DNA of 64,000 bases from Oscillospiraceae bacterium (GCA_015064415.1 SVSG01000001.1:76206-140205), one strand, 5' to 3'; counted from the stretch's first letter, positions 17,617-28,362 are shown. Made by a program: numbers and translations. The notes: generated by a model from the letters alone, not told the origin.

Positions 17617-20600
17617 TTAAAAGAAGCTTAACTGCTCGGTCTCGTTGATGCCGTCAAGCACCCCTGCCAAGCGCAGCTTTTCGATGACTTTTTTGTTCAA
17701 TCCCGCGCGGATCTGCAGATCCTCCACGGAGAAAAAGGGCTCCTCTTCTCTTGCCTTGATGATGCTTTCCGCGGCGTTTTCGCCCACGCCGTCCAAAGAG
17801 GAGAACGGCATGCGGATCCCCGTCTTTTCGGGCAGGAAGGCACGCGCATCCGATTTGTTCAGATCCACGGGCAGGAAGCGAATATTGCGGCACAGACACT
17901 CAAGCGCCAGCTGGAATGCGGGAACCGAGGCGCGCTCCTTGGGAGAGGCCTCCTTGCCGCGCTTTTCAATGTCCTTGATCGTGGCCGTGATGTGGGCCTT
18001 GCCCTTCATGACCGTCTCTGCGTCAAAGCCACCGGGCGCCACCGTAAACATCGCACAGTAGAAGGCCTGCGGCATATGCACCTTGTACCACCCCAGACGG
18101 ATGGCGGACATTACGTACGCCGCCGCGTGCGCCTTCGGGAACATGTATTTGATCTTTTTGCAGGAGGTGATGTACCATTCGGGCACGTTGTGCTCGCGCA
18201 TTTCGGCCTCCCATTCGGGGGTCAGGCCCTTGCCCTTTCGCACAGACTCCATGATTTTAAAGGAGTGCTCGTTGGGTAATCCGTAACGGATCAGGTCGTT
18301 CATAATGTTATCGCGACATCCGATCACGTGGGAAATATCACAGATATTTTCCTTGATCAGATCCTGCGCATTGCCCACCCACACGTCGGTACCGTGAGAA
18401 AGCCCCGAGATCTGCAAAAGGTCGGCAAAGGTTGTGGGCTTCGCCTCCTCTACCATCTTCATGACAAAACGCGTACCGAACTCAGGCAGGCCAAAGGTGC
18501 CGATCTTCGCGTCGATATCCTCGGGCGAAATGCCAAGGGGCTTGGTGGACAAAAACAGCTCATATACCGATTTATCGTTCATCGGCACGTCCATGACGCT
18601 GGTGTCGCTGAACTTTTCCAGCCACTTGTATTTGGTCGGAATATCGTGCCCCAGCTCGTCCAGCTTGAGCAAGGTATCATGCAGATAGTGGAAGGTAAAG
18701 TGCGTGGTCACGATATCCGAATTCGGATCGTCGGCGGGGTGCTGTACGGGACAGAAATCGTAGATCTCGTACTCCTTGGGCACTACCACGATGCCGCCGG
18801 GATGCTGGCCCGTGGTCTGCTTGACGCCCATGCAGCCAAGCGCCAGGCGGTTGATCTCCGCGCGCGGGATGCTGAGCCCCTTGCCCTCCAGATACTTGAG
18901 CACGAAGCCGTACGCGGTCTTGTCCGCCACACCGCCCACCGTGCCTGCACGGAACACGTTTTCCGCGCCGAAGAGCTCCTCGGTGTATTTGTGCACGCGT
19001 CCTTGTACCTCGCCCGAAAAGTTCAGGTCGATATCGGGCGATTTGTCGCCATGGAAGCCAAGGAAGGTCTCAAAGGGGATATCGTGCCCGTCCGCATTGA
19101 GCTTGTGCCCACAGCGCGGACAGTTCTTGTCCGGCAGGTCAAAGCCGGAGCCGATGCTGCCGTCGGTAAAGAATTCGTTGAACTGGCACTTGGGGCACCA
19201 GTAGTGCGGCGGCAAGGGATTTACCTCGGAAATACCCGACATGGACGCCACCACGGAGGAGCCCACCGAGCCGCGCGAGCCGACCAGATACCCTTGGCTC
19301 TCGCTGTAAAACACCAGCTTTTGCGCGATCATGTAAAGCACAGCAAAGCCGTGCTTGATGATGGAATCCAGCTCCTTGGAAAGGCGGTACTGCACAAGCT
19401 CGGGCAAGGGATCGCCGTACATGGATTTGGCGCGATCGTAGCAAAGGCGTTGCAGATCCTCCTCCGCGCCCTCCATGTTGGGGGTAAAGGTACCCTTCGG
19501 GAAGGGGCGGATGTCGCTTTCGACCATATCGTTGATGGCGTTGGTATTGGTCACGACCACCTCGTAGGCCTTCTCTTCCCCAAGGTAGGAGAATTCCTCC
19601 AGCATTTCCTCCGTCGTGCGATAGTACAGGTGGCTGTCTTTATCCTGATCCTTGAATTTGACGCTGACAAGCACCTTGCGGAAGATCTCGTCCTCATCGT
19701 TCATAAAATGTGCGTCGCAGGTGGCAACCACGGGGATGCCAAGCTTCTCACCAAGGGCGACCACACGGCGGTTCAGATCGCGCAGGCCCTCCTCATCCGC
19801 GATCTTCCCTTCTTCTACAAGGAAGCGGTTGTTGCAAATGGGCTGGATCTCCAGATAATCGTAAAATTTGGCGATCTCCTCGATCTCGCTTTCCGATTTT
19901 TCATCCAGAATGGCGCGGATCAGCTCGCCCGCCTCACACGCGGAGCCGATGATCAGCCCTTCGCGATGCTTTTCCAGCTCAGTCTTGGGAATGCGGGGGA
20001 AACGGCGGTAATAATTCAGATAGCTGTAAGAGATCAGCTTGTAAAGATTTTTCAGACCAACGGCGTTTTTCACCAGAATGACCTGGTGATACGTGGGAAG
20101 ATGCAAGGGATCTGCCGAGGCGCTCATTTCATTTTGCAGCTCGGTGAAATCGTGGATCTCCATTCCCAGCATTTTTTCCTGCATTTTGAAAAAGATCTCC
20201 GCCAGCATTTCCGCATCGTCCGAGGCGCGGTGATGATTGAAGTCACCAAGGCCGAAATATTCGGCCAGAATATTCAGCTTGTGCGTTTTCAGATCCGTGT
20301 TGATGTGGCGAGAGAGCGCCACGGTATCCAGATACGGATTTTCAAACGGCACACCCAGCTTTTTGGCCGCCGCACGGATAAAGCCGATATCGAAATCGGC
20401 GTTGTGCGCGATCAGCAGGCGATCCCCCACGAAAGAAAGAAATTCGGGCAGAACGTCGGCGATCACGCGCGCATCCTTCACCATCTCGTCGGTAATACCC
20501 GTCAGCTTGACCACGTCGGCGGGGATCGGCATCTGCGGGTTCACAAAGGTGTTGTAGCGCTCCAGCACCTTGCCGTTTTTCACCAGTACGGCACCGATCT

Positions 20601-22002
20601 CGGTGATGGCACAGGTGCGGTTGGAAAGGCCCGTCGTCTCAATATCAAAAACAACAAATTCGTCCTCAAAGCCGCCATTGTACTTGCCGTAAAGCGCACT
20701 GGCGGTATCGTTGACGAAGTAGGCCTCCATGCCCCAGATCACCTTCTGACCGATCTTTTCGGCCACCAGCATGGCCTCCTGGAAGCCCTGCACGTTGCCG
20801 TGGTCGGTGATCGCTACGGCGGGGTGTCCCCACGCCTTTGCCATCTTGACCACCTTGTCGGGCGGAATGATGGCATCCATCGTGGACATGGCGGTGTGCA
20901 GATGCAGCTCTACGCGCTTCACGGGCGCATTGTCCGTGCGCTGTACGCGCTTGACGATCGCCATCGCATTATAGTAAAAGCTGACGTCCACGTCTACCAC
21001 GTCGCGGTGCACGTCATGCTTGGCATAGCCGTGCAAAGCCAGCGCGGTGCCGTTGCCGATGGTTTTGGAAAGTGCCTTTGCCTCATCCAGCGGCAGGCCG
21101 AATTTTTTGACCATAATGGAGGAGTTTCCGTCCGTTACGCCAAAGGAAATGTTATACTTATCCCCCGCGCGTGTCACGTCCTCGGTATAACCGAAGACCT
21201 CGCCCACGATGGTGATGCCGCGCATTTGCTTATCGATGCGCGCGATGGGCACGGGACGGATCTCGAAGGGCTCACCCGCGATCCATTCGGGCGCGGAAAC
21301 GTCAAAGCGATACACGCCGACCTTACAAATACCGTCCTCAACGGCCACGTCCTCGGTCTTGCCGACAAGGGACATGGCGCGCTGTTTGTCATCCTCCTGC
21401 GGAGCGGGCGCTTCGCTCGGCGCCGTGCGCGCTTGCCGGTGTGCCTCCTCGCTTGCGCGGCGGATCTGCTCCTGCCACTCGGCAAGCTCGTCCGTGCGGG
21501 CTTGGGAAAAATCAGCCGCTAAGGCGTCCGAGTGCAGGATCTGCACGCGGTAATTGAGGCCGAATTCACTGCGGATGATGCCGGAGATCACCTCGTGCGT
21601 CTGCGCAAGCTCGAAAAGCAGTAAGCTTTCGTCAAGATAGGGCATTTCAATGGTGAGGGTATCCCCCTCCAGACGCGCCTCGTACGTATGAAAAAAGCCG
21701 CGTGCCACGATGCCGATGCGCTCGGTCTCCGCAATCAGCTCGGGAATGTAATTTTCGTTGAAAAACTCGGCGGGATAGCGCGGCAAAAGGCGCACGTGCG
21801 AGAGGTCATAGGCCTTGGCGATCTCCGCCTCCGCCTCGTAAAGCTCTCTTTTTTTCACCAAAGCGGGAAAGGCCGCACTGACCTCCAGAATACGCTGTTC
21901 CTTGTCTGCACGCATCCGGATATCCGATGCACCCGCAAGCCAGTTGGCAAAGTGCTCGGACGGGGTATATTTATGGAATATTTCAAAAAAGCTTTTTGCC
22001 AT
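17617..22002 (-). CDS. polC: DNA polymerase III alpha subunit, PolC type
   Basis: 1,461 aa with an inserted DnaQ-like exonuclease (FVVFDIETTGL, HRASDDA), a PHP domain, the polymerase core and a C-terminal HhH. Confidence 0.97.
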   Translation of the reverse strand: MAKSFFEIFHKYTPSEHFANWLAGASDIRMRADKEQRILEVSAAFPALVKKRELYEAEAEIAKAYDLSHVRLLPRYPAEFFNENYIPELIAETERIGIVARGFFHTYEARLEGDTLTIEMPYLDESLLLFELAQTHEVISGIIRSEFGLNYRVQILHSDALAADFSQARTDELAEWQEQIRRASEEAHRQARTAPSEAPAPQEDDKQRAMSLVGKTEDVAVEDGICKVGVYRFDVSAPEWIAGEPFEIRPVPIARIDKQMRGITIVGEVFGYTEDVTRAGDKYNISFGVTDGNSSIMVKKFGLPLDEAKALSKTIGNGTALALHGYAKHDVHRDVVDVDVSFYYNAMAIVKRVQRTDNAPVKRVELHLHTAMSTMDAIIPPDKVVKMAKAWGHPAVAITDHGNVQGFQEAMLVAEKIGQKVIWGMEAYFVNDTASALYGKYNGGFEDEFVVFDIETTGLSNRTCAITEIGAVLVKNGKVLERYNTFVNPQMPIPADVVKLTGITDEMVKDARVIADVLPEFLSFVGDRLLIAHNADFDIGFIRAAAKKLGVPFENPYLDTVALSRHINTDLKTHKLNILAEYFGLGDFNHHRASDDAEMLAEIFFKMQEKMLGMEIHDFTELQNEMSASADPLHLPTYHQVILVKNAVGLKNLYKLISYSYLNYYRRFPRIPKTELEKHREGLIIGSACEAGELIRAILDEKSESEIEEIAKFYDYLEIQPICNNRFLVEEGKIADEEGLRDLNRRVVALGEKLGIPVVATCDAHFMNDEDEIFRKVLVSVKFKDQDKDSHLYYRTTEEMLEEFSYLGEEKAYEVVVTNTNAINDMVESDIRPFPKGTFTPNMEGAEEDLQRLCYDRAKSMYGDPLPELVQYRLSKELDSIIKHGFAVLYMIAQKLVFYSESQGYLVGSRGSVGSSVVASMSGISEVNPLPPHYWCPKCQFNEFFTDGSIGSGFDLPDKNCPRCGHKLNADGHDIPFETFLGFHGDKSPDIDLNFSGEVQGRVHKYTEELFGAENVFRAGTVGGVADKTAYGFVLKYLEGKGLSIPRAEINRLALGCMGVKQTTGQHPGGIVVVPKEYEIYDFCPVQHPADDPNSDIVTTHFTFHYLHDTLLKLDELGHDIPTKYKWLEKFSDTSVMDVPMNDKSVYELFLSTKPLGISPEDIDAKIGTFGLPEFGTRFVMKMVEEAKPTTFADLLQISGLSHGTDVWVGNAQDLIKENICDISHVIGCRDNIMNDLIRYGLPNEHSFKIMESVRKGKGLTPEWEAEMREHNVPEWYITSCKKIKYMFPKAHAAAYVMSAIRLGWYKVHMPQAFYCAMFTVAPGGFDAETVMKGKAHITATIKDIEKRGKEASPKERASVPAFQLALECLCRNIRFLPVDLNKSDARAFLPEKTGIRMPFSSLDGVGENAAESIIKAREEEPFFSVEDLQIRAGLNKKVIEKLRLAGVLDGINETEQLSFF

Positions 22003-22064
22003 ACTGCGGGCAATCCTTTCTTTGTCATTGACTCTATTTTAGCATAGGCAACGCGACGTTTTCG

Positions 22065-23156
22065 TCACGTTGCCCCGCTTTTTCTTTTCTTCAATTCTGA
22101 AATAAGGACGGGAATGACGTCCTCCTCCGGTATTTTGCGCAGGATCTCTCCCCTTGCGATCAACAACGCTTCGCCGCTACCGCCGCAGATGCCAAGATCT
22201 GCCTCGCGCGCTTCACCGGGGCCGTTGACGGCACATCCCATCAGCGCCACGCGCAGGGGTAGATCCATCAGTCCTTCGGCGCGGGCGGCTGCCTCAAAGC
22301 GCGCCGCCAGTGCGATCAGATCGATCTTGGTGCGCCCGCAGGTGGGACAGCTGACGATATTCAAGCCACATTGTCCTTCCACGCTCAGTGCCGACAAAAT
22401 GCGCTTTGCCGCGGCAATTTCCGCCACGGGATCCGCGGTAAGAGAGACGCGCAGCGTGTCACCGATGCCGTCCGCAAGCAATGCGCCGATGCCGATGGCG
22501 CTTTTGATGCTGCCCATCTGCTCACCGCCCGCCTCGGTCACGCCAAGGTGAAGCGGATAGCGCGTTTTTTCGGCCAGAATGCGGTTGGCGGCGATCATGG
22601 TCTGCACGTCGGAGGATTTGATCGAGATCACGATATCCTCAAAATCACATTTTTGTAAAAGCGCGGCATGGTAAAGGCCGCTTTCGGCCAGTGCCTCGGC
22701 TGTGGGGGCGCCGTACTTGGCAAGAATTTCTTTTTCCAGCGAGCCGCCGTTCACCCCAATGCGGATCGGAATGCCGCGCGCGCGGCAGGCATCTGCGACG
22801 GCGCGCACGTGCGCATCCTCCCCGATGTTGCCGGGATTGATACGGATCTTATCCACGCCGCGCTCAGCACACGCCAGCGCCACGCGGTAATCAAAGTGAA
22901 TGTCAGCCACAAGCGGAATTCCGACACCCGCCTCCTTGATGGCGAAAATGCTGTCCGCGGCCGCCACGTCGGGTACGGTCATGCGCACAACGTCACAGCC
23001 CGCGGCTTCCAGCGCGCGTATCTGCGCAAGCGTTGCCGCCACGTCATGCGTGTCGGTATTCGTCATGGATTGGATCGCCAGAGGGGCGTTGCCGCCAATT
23101 TGCACGTTCCCTACGCGGACGGCGTGTGTGCTGCGGCGAATTTCATTGTAGATCAT
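22065..23156 (-). CDS. ispG: 4-hydroxy-3-methylbut-2-enyl diphosphate synthase
   Basis: MTNTDTHD, SCPTCGR and GCAVNGPGE motifs. Confidence 0.95.
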   Translation of the reverse strand: MIYNEIRRSTHAVRVGNVQIGGNAPLAIQSMTNTDTHDVAATLAQIRALEAAGCDVVRMTVPDVAAADSIFAIKEAGVGIPLVADIHFDYRVALACAERGVDKIRINPGNIGEDAHVRAVADACRARGIPIRIGVNGGSLEKEILAKYGAPTAEALAESGLYHAALLQKCDFEDIVISIKSSDVQTMIAANRILAEKTRYPLHLGVTEAGGEQMGSIKSAIGIGALLADGIGDTLRVSLTADPVAEIAAAKRILSALSVEGQCGLNIVSCPTCGRTKIDLIALAARFEAAARAEGLMDLPLRVALMGCAVNGPGEAREADLGICGGSGEALLIARGEILRKIPEEDVIPVLISELKKRKSGAT

Positions 23157-24208
23157 CAGGCAAATAACCCCGCGATATCTTTACACGCAACGAGGATCAT
23201 CAAGCCGAACAGCAGCATCATCCCCACGAAATGGATATATCCTTCTATTTTTCTGTTGATCGGCCGTCTTGCCACAAGCTCAATCAAAAGGAACAGCAAG
23301 CGTCCCCCGTCCAGCGCGGGCAGCGGCAACAGGTTGAACACACCGAGATTGACGGTGATGACCGTCATCAGATACACAAAATTGATAAAGCCAAGGGAGG
23401 CCGCATTCGCCACCTCCTGCGTGATGCCGATGGGGCCGGACACGGCGTTCAGACCGTAGCGTCCGCGCAAAAGATCGGCCAGCTGATCAAATATCATTTT
23501 GACCGTGGACATCGAACGGAAAAAGGTATGCTTGATCACGCTGATAAAGCCCTTTTCCTCGCCGTACACCTTGAAATCGGCAGAGCCGAACAGGATCCCC
23601 TGCTCTTCGATCGAGGGGAACTGTACACCGGGCAAAAAGATCTCCTCGCCGTCGCGGATGACGGTCAGATCAATGGCGACTACACCCTCTGCGGCCTCGA
23701 CCTTGCCCTGATTGATGATCTCATAGATCAGCTCGTTACCGGTATGAATGTTGACCCCGCCGACCTCGGTCACGATATCACCCACCTGCAGCCCGAAATT
23801 TTGGCTGACGGCGTTTTCGTCAAACGCCCCCACTTGATTGGTGGCAAGCTTAGCGGAGGAAAGCACGATGATCAGCATTAAGGCAAAGCCGAGCAGCACG
23901 TTCATCACGGCGCCCGCGATCACAATGATGATGCGCTTCCACGTCGCCTTGTTGGAAAAGGCGGAGGGATCGTCACACTCCTCGTCCTCGCCCACCATGC
24001 TGACGTAACCGCCGAACGGAATGGCGCGCAAGGAATACACCGTATCGTATTTTTTGCCTTTCACAGAAAAGATCTTCGGCCCCATGCCGATGGAAAATTC
24101 ATGGATGCCAACACCGAAAAGACGTGCAGTCAGGAAGTGCCCCAGCTCATGGATCACGACCAGAAGGCCGAACATCAGTATGGCAAGTATCACGTAAAGA
24201 AAGGTCAT
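23156..24208 (-). CDS. rseP: RIP site-2 metalloprotease RseP/YluC family
   Basis: HELGHF zinc motif in the first TM helix, one PDZ-like segment and C-terminal NLLPLPALDGG. Confidence 0.9.
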   Translation of the reverse strand: MTFLYVILAILMFGLLVVIHELGHFLTARLFGVGIHEFSIGMGPKIFSVKGKKYDTVYSLRAIPFGGYVSMVGEDEECDDPSAFSNKATWKRIIIVIAGAVMNVLLGFALMLIIVLSSAKLATNQVGAFDENAVSQNFGLQVGDIVTEVGGVNIHTGNELIYEIINQGKVEAAEGVVAIDLTVIRDGEEIFLPGVQFPSIEEQGILFGSADFKVYGEEKGFISVIKHTFFRSMSTVKMIFDQLADLLRGRYGLNAVSGPIGITQEVANAASLGFINFVYLMTVITVNLGVFNLLPLPALDGGRLLFLLIELVARRPINRKIEGYIHFVGMMLLFGLMILVACKDIAGLFA

Positions 24209-24229
24209 AAAAGCTCCTTTATTTCATTC

Positions 24230-25387
24230 TTACAGCAACGCGGCGGCGCGTTCGCGCGCCTCGCGGTCGATGTCAAGAATCTCAGAAAGCGTGCGGCACT
24301 TTGCCGCGTGCGGCATATCCTCTACCACGCGCACCACGTTTTCGATCAACCCCAGCATGGAAATGCGGCGGTTCAAAAAGGCGTGCACGGCCACCTCGTT
24401 GGCGGCGTTGAGCGCGGCGGGCGTGGCACCGCCCATGGAAAACGCACGCTTGGCCAGCGGCAAAAGCGGGAAGTTTTCCCCATCCGGCTCGGCAAAGCTC
24501 AGTTTTCCAAGCTTGCAAAGATCCAGCGGTGGGATCACCGCACTTGTACGGTGAGGTGCGGTCAGCGCATACTGCACGCAAAGGCGCATATCCGGCACCG
24601 ACATCTGCGCGATGACGCTGTTATCTATATATTCCACCATGGAATGAATTATACTCTCGCGGTGCACCACCACGTCGATGCGCTCGGCGGGCACGTCAAA
24701 CAAATGCGCGGCCTCGATCACCTCAAAGCCCTTGTTCATCATCGTGGCACAGTCTACGGTGATCTTCGCGCCCATTTTCCACGTGGGATGCGCCAACGCC
24801 TCATCCACGGAAATATGCGCAAGCTCTGCCTTGGTCTTGCCAAAAAAAGGGCCGCCCGAGGCGGTAAGGATCAGCTTTTTGATCTCGCCGTGCGTACCGG
24901 CGCGCAATGCCTGAAAAATAGCACAATGCTCGCTGTCCACGGGCGTGATGGCGCAGCCCTTCTCCTTTGCCTTTGCCATTACGATATCGCCTGCAACCAC
25001 CAGCGACTCCTTGTTGGCAAGCGCCAGATTCATACCGCTTTCCAGCACGGCAAGCGTGGGCAAAAGGCCCGCTTCACCGAGAATTGAGTTGACGGCAAAG
25101 GCGGCGTCGCTCTCGCGGATCATTTCTTCGATCCCGCGCACGCCCGCGTACACGCGCGTGGGCGCGTCGGCAAGTGCCGCGCGTAATTCCTGCGCGGCAC
25201 CCTCATCGGCCATCGCCACGGCGGGCACGGCAAGCGCTCTTGCCTGCTCTGCCACACGGCGCCAATTGCGCGCGGCAGAAAGGCCGCGCACACGGATGCC
25301 GCACTGACGGCAAACGTCGATCGCCTGCTCACCAACGGAGCCGGTCGAGCCCAGTATCAATATCGAGGGAAAATTCGTTTCCTTCAT
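24230..25387 (-). CDS. dxr: 1-deoxy-D-xylulose 5-phosphate reductoisomerase
   Basis: ILGSTGSVG, LANKESLV and DSEH motifs. Confidence 0.95.
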   Translation of the reverse strand: MKETNFPSILILGSTGSVGEQAIDVCRQCGIRVRGLSAARNWRRVAEQARALAVPAVAMADEGAAQELRAALADAPTRVYAGVRGIEEMIRESDAAFAVNSILGEAGLLPTLAVLESGMNLALANKESLVVAGDIVMAKAKEKGCAITPVDSEHCAIFQALRAGTHGEIKKLILTASGGPFFGKTKAELAHISVDEALAHPTWKMGAKITVDCATMMNKGFEVIEAAHLFDVPAERIDVVVHRESIIHSMVEYIDNSVIAQMSVPDMRLCVQYALTAPHRTSAVIPPLDLCKLGKLSFAEPDGENFPLLPLAKRAFSMGGATPAALNAANEVAVHAFLNRRISMLGLIENVVRVVEDMPHAAKCRTLSEILDIDREARERAAALL

Positions 25388-25396
25388 AAAAACCTC

Positions 25397-26281
25397 TTAT
25401 GCAAACAACGGGAAATAGGTATTGATCAGCGTCAACACGATGGTCACGGCCATGCAGGAGTCAAAACGGTCCAAAAGTCCACCGTGACCGGGCAGAATGC
25501 CACCGTAGTCCTTGATACCGTACTGACGCTTGATGGCAGACATGGCAAAATCACCGATCTGCGACACGACAGCAATGATCAGACCGCTGACGGCAAGCAC
25601 GACGTAATTGGGTGCCGCGCCGAACCAGACGTTCGCAAGAAGCCCGTAAAGGATCGTCACCAACGCACAGCAAACCGCGCCGCCAATGGCACCCTCCACC
25701 GTCTTTTTGGGGCTGACAGCGGGGATCAGCTTGTGCTTGCCGAAAAGACGGCCCGTAAAGTAGGCAAAGGTATCCGTCACCCAACCGAACACAAACGGAA
25801 TGAGATACAGAAATTTACCGTTTTTCGGCACATTGCGAAGCAAAATCACGGCAGAATACGCGCCGATGATATACACCGAGGTCATGAACACCAGCGCGAT
25901 CTTTCCCGTTTGCAGCTGCTCCTTTTCCGGGGTGCTTTCGGGATCCTTGCCGTAGGTAAACACCAGAATGCAGAAAAAATACACCGCAAATACAAGAACG
26001 GCGAGAATGGCGACGCGGATAAAATCCTCGCGTGCGGCGTACATCACACGCGCCAGCATCGGGAAAGCAAGCGCTGCCAGATACAGCGGTATGGCCAGGA
26101 AATAATTTTTATCAAGCCCCACGCAACGCAAAAGCTCGAACACCGAAACGAACGCGATGGCCGAGATCAGAAGCGGAAACATATAGTGCAAGGGGTTATT
26201 CAGTCCCACCGGCTCGGAAAACCAGAAAAACGGAAAAATACCGGCAATGGCAACCAAGGCCGTGATAATACGGGTCTTCAT
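25397..26281 (-). CDS. cdsA: Phosphatidate cytidylyltransferase
   Basis: Polytopic membrane protein with the C-terminal signature SAIKRQYGIKDYGGILPGHGGLLDRFDS. Start set at ATG 26281 (GGAG upstream) rather than the track's TTG at 26302. Confidence 0.9.
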   Translation of the reverse strand: MKTRIITALVAIAGIFPFFWFSEPVGLNNPLHYMFPLLISAIAFVSVFELLRCVGLDKNYFLAIPLYLAALAFPMLARVMYAAREDFIRVAILAVLVFAVYFFCILVFTYGKDPESTPEKEQLQTGKIALVFMTSVYIIGAYSAVILLRNVPKNGKFLYLIPFVFGWVTDTFAYFTGRLFGKHKLIPAVSPKKTVEGAIGGAVCCALVTILYGLLANVWFGAAPNYVVLAVSGLIIAVVSQIGDFAMSAIKRQYGIKDYGGILPGHGGLLDRFDSCMAVTIVLTLINTYFPLFA

Positions 26282-26298
26282 AAAAGCTCCTTTCAAGC

Positions 26299-26997
26299 TC
26301 AAACACCGCCAAAACGGCGTTTACGTTTATAAAATGCTTCGACGGCGGCATCAATTTCGGCAGGGCCAAAATCGGGCCAGAGAACGTCAGTAAAATAAAA
26401 CTCAGCATAGGCGCATTGCCACAGCAAAAAATTGGAAATGCGCAGATCACCGCCCGTGCGCACGATCAGGTCGGGGTCATCCCTGCCCTTCGTGTCCAGC
26501 GCGGCGGCGAAATCTGCCTCGGTAACGTTTCGGGCACCGGAGGCGATCAACGCGTTACACGCGCGCACGATCTCGTCACGCCCGCCGTAATTGAGGGCAA
26601 TATTGAGCACGCGCGGCTTATTGGCAGTCAGCTTTTCTAGACGCTCCATGCGTGCACGGCGCTTTTCCTCAAAGGGAGACTTATCCCCCAAAAAGCAGAT
26701 GTGCATGTTGTATTCGTCTATCTTTTTTTCACATTCCGCGAGATAATGATCCATCAGCTTCATGATGGTCTCTACTTCTTTTGGGGGCCGCTTCCAGTTT
26801 TCCGTGGAAAAGGCATAGACCGTGACGGTCTGAATGCCAAGCTTTTCGCAGTGCTTCAGCACCGTTTCAAAGGCCGTTACCCCGAATCGGTGCCCGTGAT
26901 CGCGCGGCAAACCGCGCTTTTTGGCCCAGCGACCGTTGCCGTCCATGATAAAGGCAATGTGCTTCAAGGGCTGCTGCGACGTGATATTTTCGCTCAT
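26299..26997 (-). CDS. uppS: Undecaprenyl diphosphate synthase (isoprenyl transferase)
   Basis: HIAFIMDGNGRWAK, FSTENWKRP and RTGGDLRISNFLLWQ motifs. Confidence 0.95.
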   Translation of the reverse strand: MSENITSQQPLKHIAFIMDGNGRWAKKRGLPRDHGHRFGVTAFETVLKHCEKLGIQTVTVYAFSTENWKRPPKEVETIMKLMDHYLAECEKKIDEYNMHICFLGDKSPFEEKRRARMERLEKLTANKPRVLNIALNYGGRDEIVRACNALIASGARNVTEADFAAALDTKGRDDPDLIVRTGGDLRISNFLLWQCAYAEFYFTDVLWPDFGPAEIDAAVEAFYKRKRRFGGV

Positions 26998-27007
26998 AAT
27001 ACTCCTT

Positions 27008-27037
27008 CAAAAAGAAAGGGGCGGTAAAAGCCGCCCC
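27008..27037 (-). terminator. Stem-loop plus T-run between frr and uppS (terminator/attenuator)
   Basis: ggggcgg/ccgcccc stem (27018-27037) followed on the minus strand by TTTCTTTTTG. Confidence 0.55.
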
Positions 27038-27042
27038 CATCA

Positions 27043-27597
27043 TCAAATAGCCATTACTTCGCTCTGCTTCTTGGCAGCGGCTGCGTCGATCTGCTTAATG
27101 TACTTATCGGTCAGATCCTGGATGGATTTTTCGGAGGATTTTGCCTCATCCTCGGTCATTGTGCTGTCCTTTTGCATCTTCTTGATCGTATCGTTGGCAT
27201 CACGGCGGATGTTACGAACGGCAACCTTGGCCTCCTCTGCCATCTTGGAGACCTGCTTGCACAGCTCCTTACGGCGCTCCTCGGTGGGCTGGGGGAATAC
27301 AAGGCGTAGCTTCGTGCCATCGTTTGCGGGGGTAATACCCACGTCGGAGGCAAGGATCGCCTTCTCCATGGCCTTGAGCGTAGAGCCGTCATAGGGCTTG
27401 ATCTCCAGCGTTCTGGAGTCTGCCAGACGGATGTCTGCCATATCCTTGAGGGGCGTTTGCGCGCCGTAATACTCAAAGGTCACACGGTTCAGCACAGCGG
27501 CACTTGCCTGGCCTGCGCGAACGGTATCAAAGTTGCTGTTCAGGGAAAAGATCGCCTTTTCCATTCTGGTTTCAAAATCTTTCGTGTTCAGTTTCAT
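27043..27597 (-). CDS. frr: Ribosome recycling factor
   Basis: 184 aa with the typical RRF sequence (PTEERRKEL, VRNIRRDAND). Confidence 0.97.
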   Translation of the reverse strand: MKLNTKDFETRMEKAIFSLNSNFDTVRAGQASAAVLNRVTFEYYGAQTPLKDMADIRLADSRTLEIKPYDGSTLKAMEKAILASDVGITPANDGTKLRLVFPQPTEERRKELCKQVSKMAEEAKVAVRNIRRDANDTIKKMQKDSTMTEDEAKSSEKSIQDLTDKYIKQIDAAAAKKQSEVMAI

Positions 27598-27620
27598 AAC
27601 GTTGCTCTCTTTCTTAAAAA

Positions 27621-28331
27621 TTAACGGTGCAGCTCGGTGCCTACGTGGTCACCCATGACCACGCGATAGATATTGTCGGGATCTGAAAGTGCAAATGCAT
27701 AACAGCAGATGCCGTTATCCATACAGAAGGTGGTGGCGGAAAGATCAAGCGCCTTGAGCTCTTTGTCCAGCACCTCTTTGTACGTGATCTCGCGATAGCG
27801 CGTTGCGGTGGGGTCCTTGTGCGGGTCGGCGGTGTAAATACCGTCGATATTCTTTGCCATCAGCACGGCATCCGCCTCGATCTCGGCGGCGCGTAACACG
27901 GCGGCCGTATCGGTCGAGAAGAAGGGCTGACCGAGACCGCATGCAAAAATAACGGTCTTTCCCTTCTCCAGCGCGCGCTTGGCGTCACGCACGGTGAAGG
28001 CGTCGGCAAAAGCGGGCATCTCCACAGCGCTCATCACCACAGCATCAAGACCCGCGGCGTTGAAACGGTCCTGCAGTGCCAGCGCATTGATCGCCGTTGC
28101 CAGCATGCCCATGTGGTCGGCCTGCGTGCGGTCCATCTCCCCGCCCTGACGGCCGCGCCAGATGTTCCCTGCACCCACGATCACGCCGATCTCAACGCCC
28201 TCGTTGCGACAACGTACCAAGACCTTGGCGATCGTGTCGATAAAATCAAAATTGAGGATCCCCTGCCCTCCGGCCGAAAGTGCTTCGCCCGAAAGCTTCA
28301 ACAAAATGCGTTTGTACTTAGGAGTAGTCAT
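27621..28331 (-). CDS. pyrH: UMP kinase
   Basis: KRILLKLSGEAL, VVGAGNIWRG and TDTAAVLRA motifs. Confidence 0.97.
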   Translation of the reverse strand: MTTPKYKRILLKLSGEALSAGGQGILNFDFIDTIAKVLVRCRNEGVEIGVIVGAGNIWRGRQGGEMDRTQADHMGMLATAINALALQDRFNAAGLDAVVMSAVEMPAFADAFTVRDAKRALEKGKTVIFACGLGQPFFSTDTAAVLRAAEIEADAVLMAKNIDGIYTADPHKDPTATRYREITYKEVLDKELKALDLSATTFCMDNGICCYAFALSDPDNIYRVVMGDHVGTELHR

Positions 28332-28362
28332 CGCGATACCTCACTTTTATGTACTTATCTAT

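Noticed and set aside
18328-21522. A 1,064-aa plus-strand ORF inside polC. Similar long antisense ORFs occur at 6908-8653 (polA), 11816-13273 (pncB), 41960-43756 (ecfA1/MTase), 44551-46029 (ruvAB), 53349-55649 (paralogs 1-2) and 60532-61866 (argS/pmbA).
   Set aside because: All lie exactly opposite strongly supported genes, translate to Arg/Gly/His/Val-rich low-complexity sequence without recognisable motifs, and lack start-site signals. They are shadow ORFs caused by codon bias.
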